Below are positions 60,960 through 64,000 of a stretch of DNA of 64,000 nucleotides, piece after piece. A model generated the notes under the pieces. That model saw only the letters and a program-made list of their open reading frames with translations. It searched no databases and was not told the DNA's origin. The DNA is from Camelus dromedarius (taxonomy: Eukaryota): contig NC_087437.1 in the NCBI RefSeq assembly GCF_036321535.1, positions 29,700,001-29,764,000 of the forward strand, in the 5' to 3' direction. Numbering within the stretch: the first letter of the stretch is position 1; every line of letters starts with the position of its first letter. The position numbers and the translations under genes are program-made.

Positions 60960-63730
60960 ACTCCACAAGAGCAATGATGGAAGCTTAAAGACTAAAATAT
61001 CTTTAACATACTGAGAGAAAAATAACTCCAGTGTAGAATTTTATACACAGCAATATCATTCTTCAAACACAGAGTGAAAAAGTACATTTTTAGGTAATAA
61101 AAAACAGAGAATATTCAAAGTTAATTCATGATTAACTTCTAGTAACAGTGGAGGAAAGAGGAGTGCCATGAACCTGCAACATTTAACAAGTACAAAACAT
61201 GGGGGGGGGGGAATTTAGGTTCACTAAGAAATATCTAAAAAACATAAATAAACTCAAGAAAACTGGAAGCACTGGAAGCACTAAGAATTTTGAACTTAAC
61301 AGCATGAAAACAACAGATCCAAATTTAGAAACTAAACTTCCCAGACCCCTTACTGATAGTTCAACTATTCATGTGTTATGTGATCCCAGGAGATACCACT
61401 GAGAAGCAGATAAAAAGCACAGAGAAATCTATTCTTGAAATCAGAGTGATGCAGAGCTGAATATGTAAATTTAATATTTTTCTTAAAGGAATATATTCCA
61501 AATTTTGGGAAGATCAGGTAGCAAAAAGCCTAAAGGTTAGAATGCAGATCCCAAAGCAAACAAACTAGCAGTAAACTGCTTGAATCCTCAGAGTCCTCGC
61601 TTGCTTTTTGCCTTGTACTTATGTCTTTGCTCTCCTTTTTAACCTGCTCCTCTGTGAGTTTCTCGTCTGTCTAAAAAATTGTGAGTGAGTCAAGCATTTA
61701 GGCATATATGGAGCCCTCACCACAGAGAGGATTATGTTCAAAGAATTAAAAGAAAATATGGTATTGATGTATAAACAGTCAATCTCAAGAAATATTTTAA
61801 AATAATATTTTAAATAATTCTTAAGCTGAGGAGTACAAATATTAAAGTTATAAAAATCTCTGAATGAACACTACAGCAAACTAGAGATGGCAGAAAAACA
61901 AGAACTTAAAGACCACAATTGAAATTACCCAAATTGAAAAATAGAAACAAAAAAAAAAGACTAAAGAAAAGTGAATAGAACTATAGAGACCTGTGGGACA
62001 ATAAAAAGCAGTCTAATATGTGAGTAACTGGAATTGCAGGAGAAGAGAGAGAGAAAGGGACAGAAAAAAATTGAAGAAGTAATGGCTAAAAAAAATTTTT
62101 AATTTGATGAAAAACTTCAATTTACATAACTAAGAAACTCAATAACTCAAAAAAAGCACAAAGAAATCCGCTCCTAGACATATCGTAGTCAAATTGCTTA
62201 AAGTCAAAGAGTAAATCTTAAACTCAACCATAGAAAAATTATTCTCTACATAGAATAAAAATAATCTTATTAAGAGCTGACTTCTCAGAAACTAGGAAAG
62301 CCAAAAGACATGGGGATGATCTATCAAAGGAAGAAAAAATTCTATTAACCAACAATTTTAAGTTCAGTGAAACTTTTCTTTAAAATTGCAGGTTAAAAAA
62401 ATCATACAAAAATCTCAATCTTTCCAAAATAATTAAAACTATGATAAAACTCAATCACAATTTTTAAAAAGTCTTTGCAAAGTAAGAATAGAAGCTGATG
62501 TTTTTACAGAAAACATTTACACATAATGATGAAATAATGTAAGCTTTCCTTTTCTTGGAGCAGTTTTAGGTTCACAGCAAAACTGAGAGAAATATTCTTC
62601 TTCCCCTGCCCCCTTCTAGAAACAAGGGAAAATTTCTCTGATACTTACTTTGAAAATCTGTTTGAGCTCTTGGAGGTAAAACTAAAAAAGCATAGGGCTC
62701 TTCTATTACTGGGGCCCCCTGGTTTTTAACTCTCAGATTTGTCCACACCAGGCCTTCAGCAATTCATTAATTATAGTTCAGATTTTCCTACCGCAACACA
62801 ACAGTTCCTGCAGAGATTTCTGTTCCAGTATATTGTGATTGTCTGTATCCTTCTGTCTGTCTCTTCAATTTGGAGGGTAGTCACCTGCCCTGTGACCTCA
62901 CTTTTCTTATATATTTAAGCTTTTTTAATTGGCTTTTTATTTGTTAGGATAGAGTGGTGACTTCTAGACTCCTTACCTGAAGAATTGAAAGTATATTTTC
63001 CTTTTGAGATTGAGAACAAGACAATGATATCCACTGTCACTGCATCTATCCAACGTTATATTGATTGGACCTAACCAATTGAAAAAGGAAAGGGGAATAA
63101 ATAAAAGGGATAAAATTGATAAATTAGACTACGTTAAAATGAAGAATTTCTATTAATTCAAAACACCATTTAAGAGTAAAAATGAAAATCATATAATGAC
63201 AGAAAATATATCATTCTAACCAAGGGCTTATATCCAGAATACATAAAAACTTCTCCAAACCACTAAGAAAGAGAGATGACCACCACAGGAAAACAGACAA
63301 GAGACTTGAACAGAAAATTCAATAAAGACACTCTCCAGTCGTTAATAAACAAAAAAAATCTCAACCTCATTAGTAATCAGGGAATCACAAATTAAAGACA
63401 CAGAGTTCTCACTATGTACTTACCAGAATAACTAAAATAAAAACAATGAAAATTCTTACCCTCTGCCAATAGGAATATAAATTGGTTAACAATTTGGAAA
63501 ATCATTTGGCATTGGCTACCAAGTTGAACATATCCTGTTACTCAGCAATTCCCTCTTGGGTATGTCTCCTCACCTGCTGCAGGAGACATGTGTCAAATGT
63601 TCATAGTAACAATATTCATAATAGCCAGGTACTGAAAACAACTCATGTCCACGAAAAGTAAATGAGTAAATAAGTTGTAATATATTTATTCACTTTATTA
63701 CCAGAAAGCAATTAAAATGAAGAACTGTAG
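60960..63730 (+). mobile_element. Patchwork of old L1 fragments (5' end, ORF1, ORF2, 3' region)
   Basis: agagacctgtgggacaataaaaagcagtctaatatgtgagtaactggaatt (ORF1); gagattgagaacaagacaatgatatccactgtcactg (RT); ctcagcaattccctcttgggtat (ORF2 C-terminus). Confidence 0.8.
62554..62996 (-). mobile_element. L1 (L1MC/MD-like) reduced to a 5'-end segment fused to the extreme 3' end
   Basis: 62557-62590 is the reverse complement of the L1 terminus seen at 47033-47070; the rest resembles an L1MD-type 5' end; tttcctttt flanks both sides (62545-62553 and 62997-63005). Confidence 0.6.
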
Positions 63731-64000
63731 AAACAATTAGGATTAGATGAATTAAAATTCCAAAGACAGAGGAGCCCTTCTCAGGTGAGATGTTGATCAT
63801 GGCCACTGGCTATTTTCTTCTCCAAAGGTGTTTACCATATCCTGGTAGAAGGTGAGAACAAAGCATGATTCCGGCAAAGAGACTACTAGCAAAACTGCAA
63901 ACGAGAAACCAGAAAGGTTTTGGTAGTTTTGAGGGTCTCTGGCAACAGATTACAAACTACAAGAGCCCAATTTTTAACACCGGATATTTTTTTACAATGT

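Noticed and set aside
1..64000. ORF-track entries as standalone protein-coding genes
   Set aside because: All are 60-131 aa with no recognisable domain, and many lie inside repeats. Those with real motifs (5817-6026, 33215-33415, 39787-40065) are decayed L1 ORF1/ORF2.
1..64000. CRISPR array, tRNA/rRNA/snRNA gene, CpG island or mitochondrial insertion
   Set aside because: No repeat-spacer periodicity and no recognisable RNA-gene or mitochondrial sequence by eye. CpG enrichment is only local. An Rfam/Infernal scan is needed to exclude small ncRNAs.

Overview
This is AT-rich, CpG-depleted mammalian (eutherian) genomic DNA, mostly intergenic or intronic. A large fraction is decayed interspersed repeats: L1, L2, MIR, MaLR/ERVL/ERV1 LTRs, and hAT and Tigger DNA transposons. 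I saw no Alu, B1, Bov-A, PRE or CAN SINE. The youngest insertions are short L1 3' ends of a type I associate with camelids, and there is an internally deleted Tigger1. A cetartiodactyl, probably camelid, source is therefore likely (inference). No ORF in the supplied track is a credible standalone gene; several are L1 remnants. The best gene-like signal is a CpG-enriched candidate terminal exon on the minus strand at about 55020-55569 (gene not recognised). The most interesting structures I can support directly are: (1) a ~100-bp insertion at 9333-9434 that splits an L2 and copies two nearby segments joined in permuted order at a microhomology; (2) an L1 3' transduction at 56386-56762 with two tails and a 20-bp target-site duplication (TSD); (3) an L1 reduced to its two ends between a 9-bp direct repeat; (4) several nested insertions with TSDs; (5) a cluster of nested palindromes. 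I found no evidence of a new multi-gene system, CRISPR array or RNA gene. Repeat family names are from memory of consensus sequences, and boundaries are approximate unless a TSD is given.
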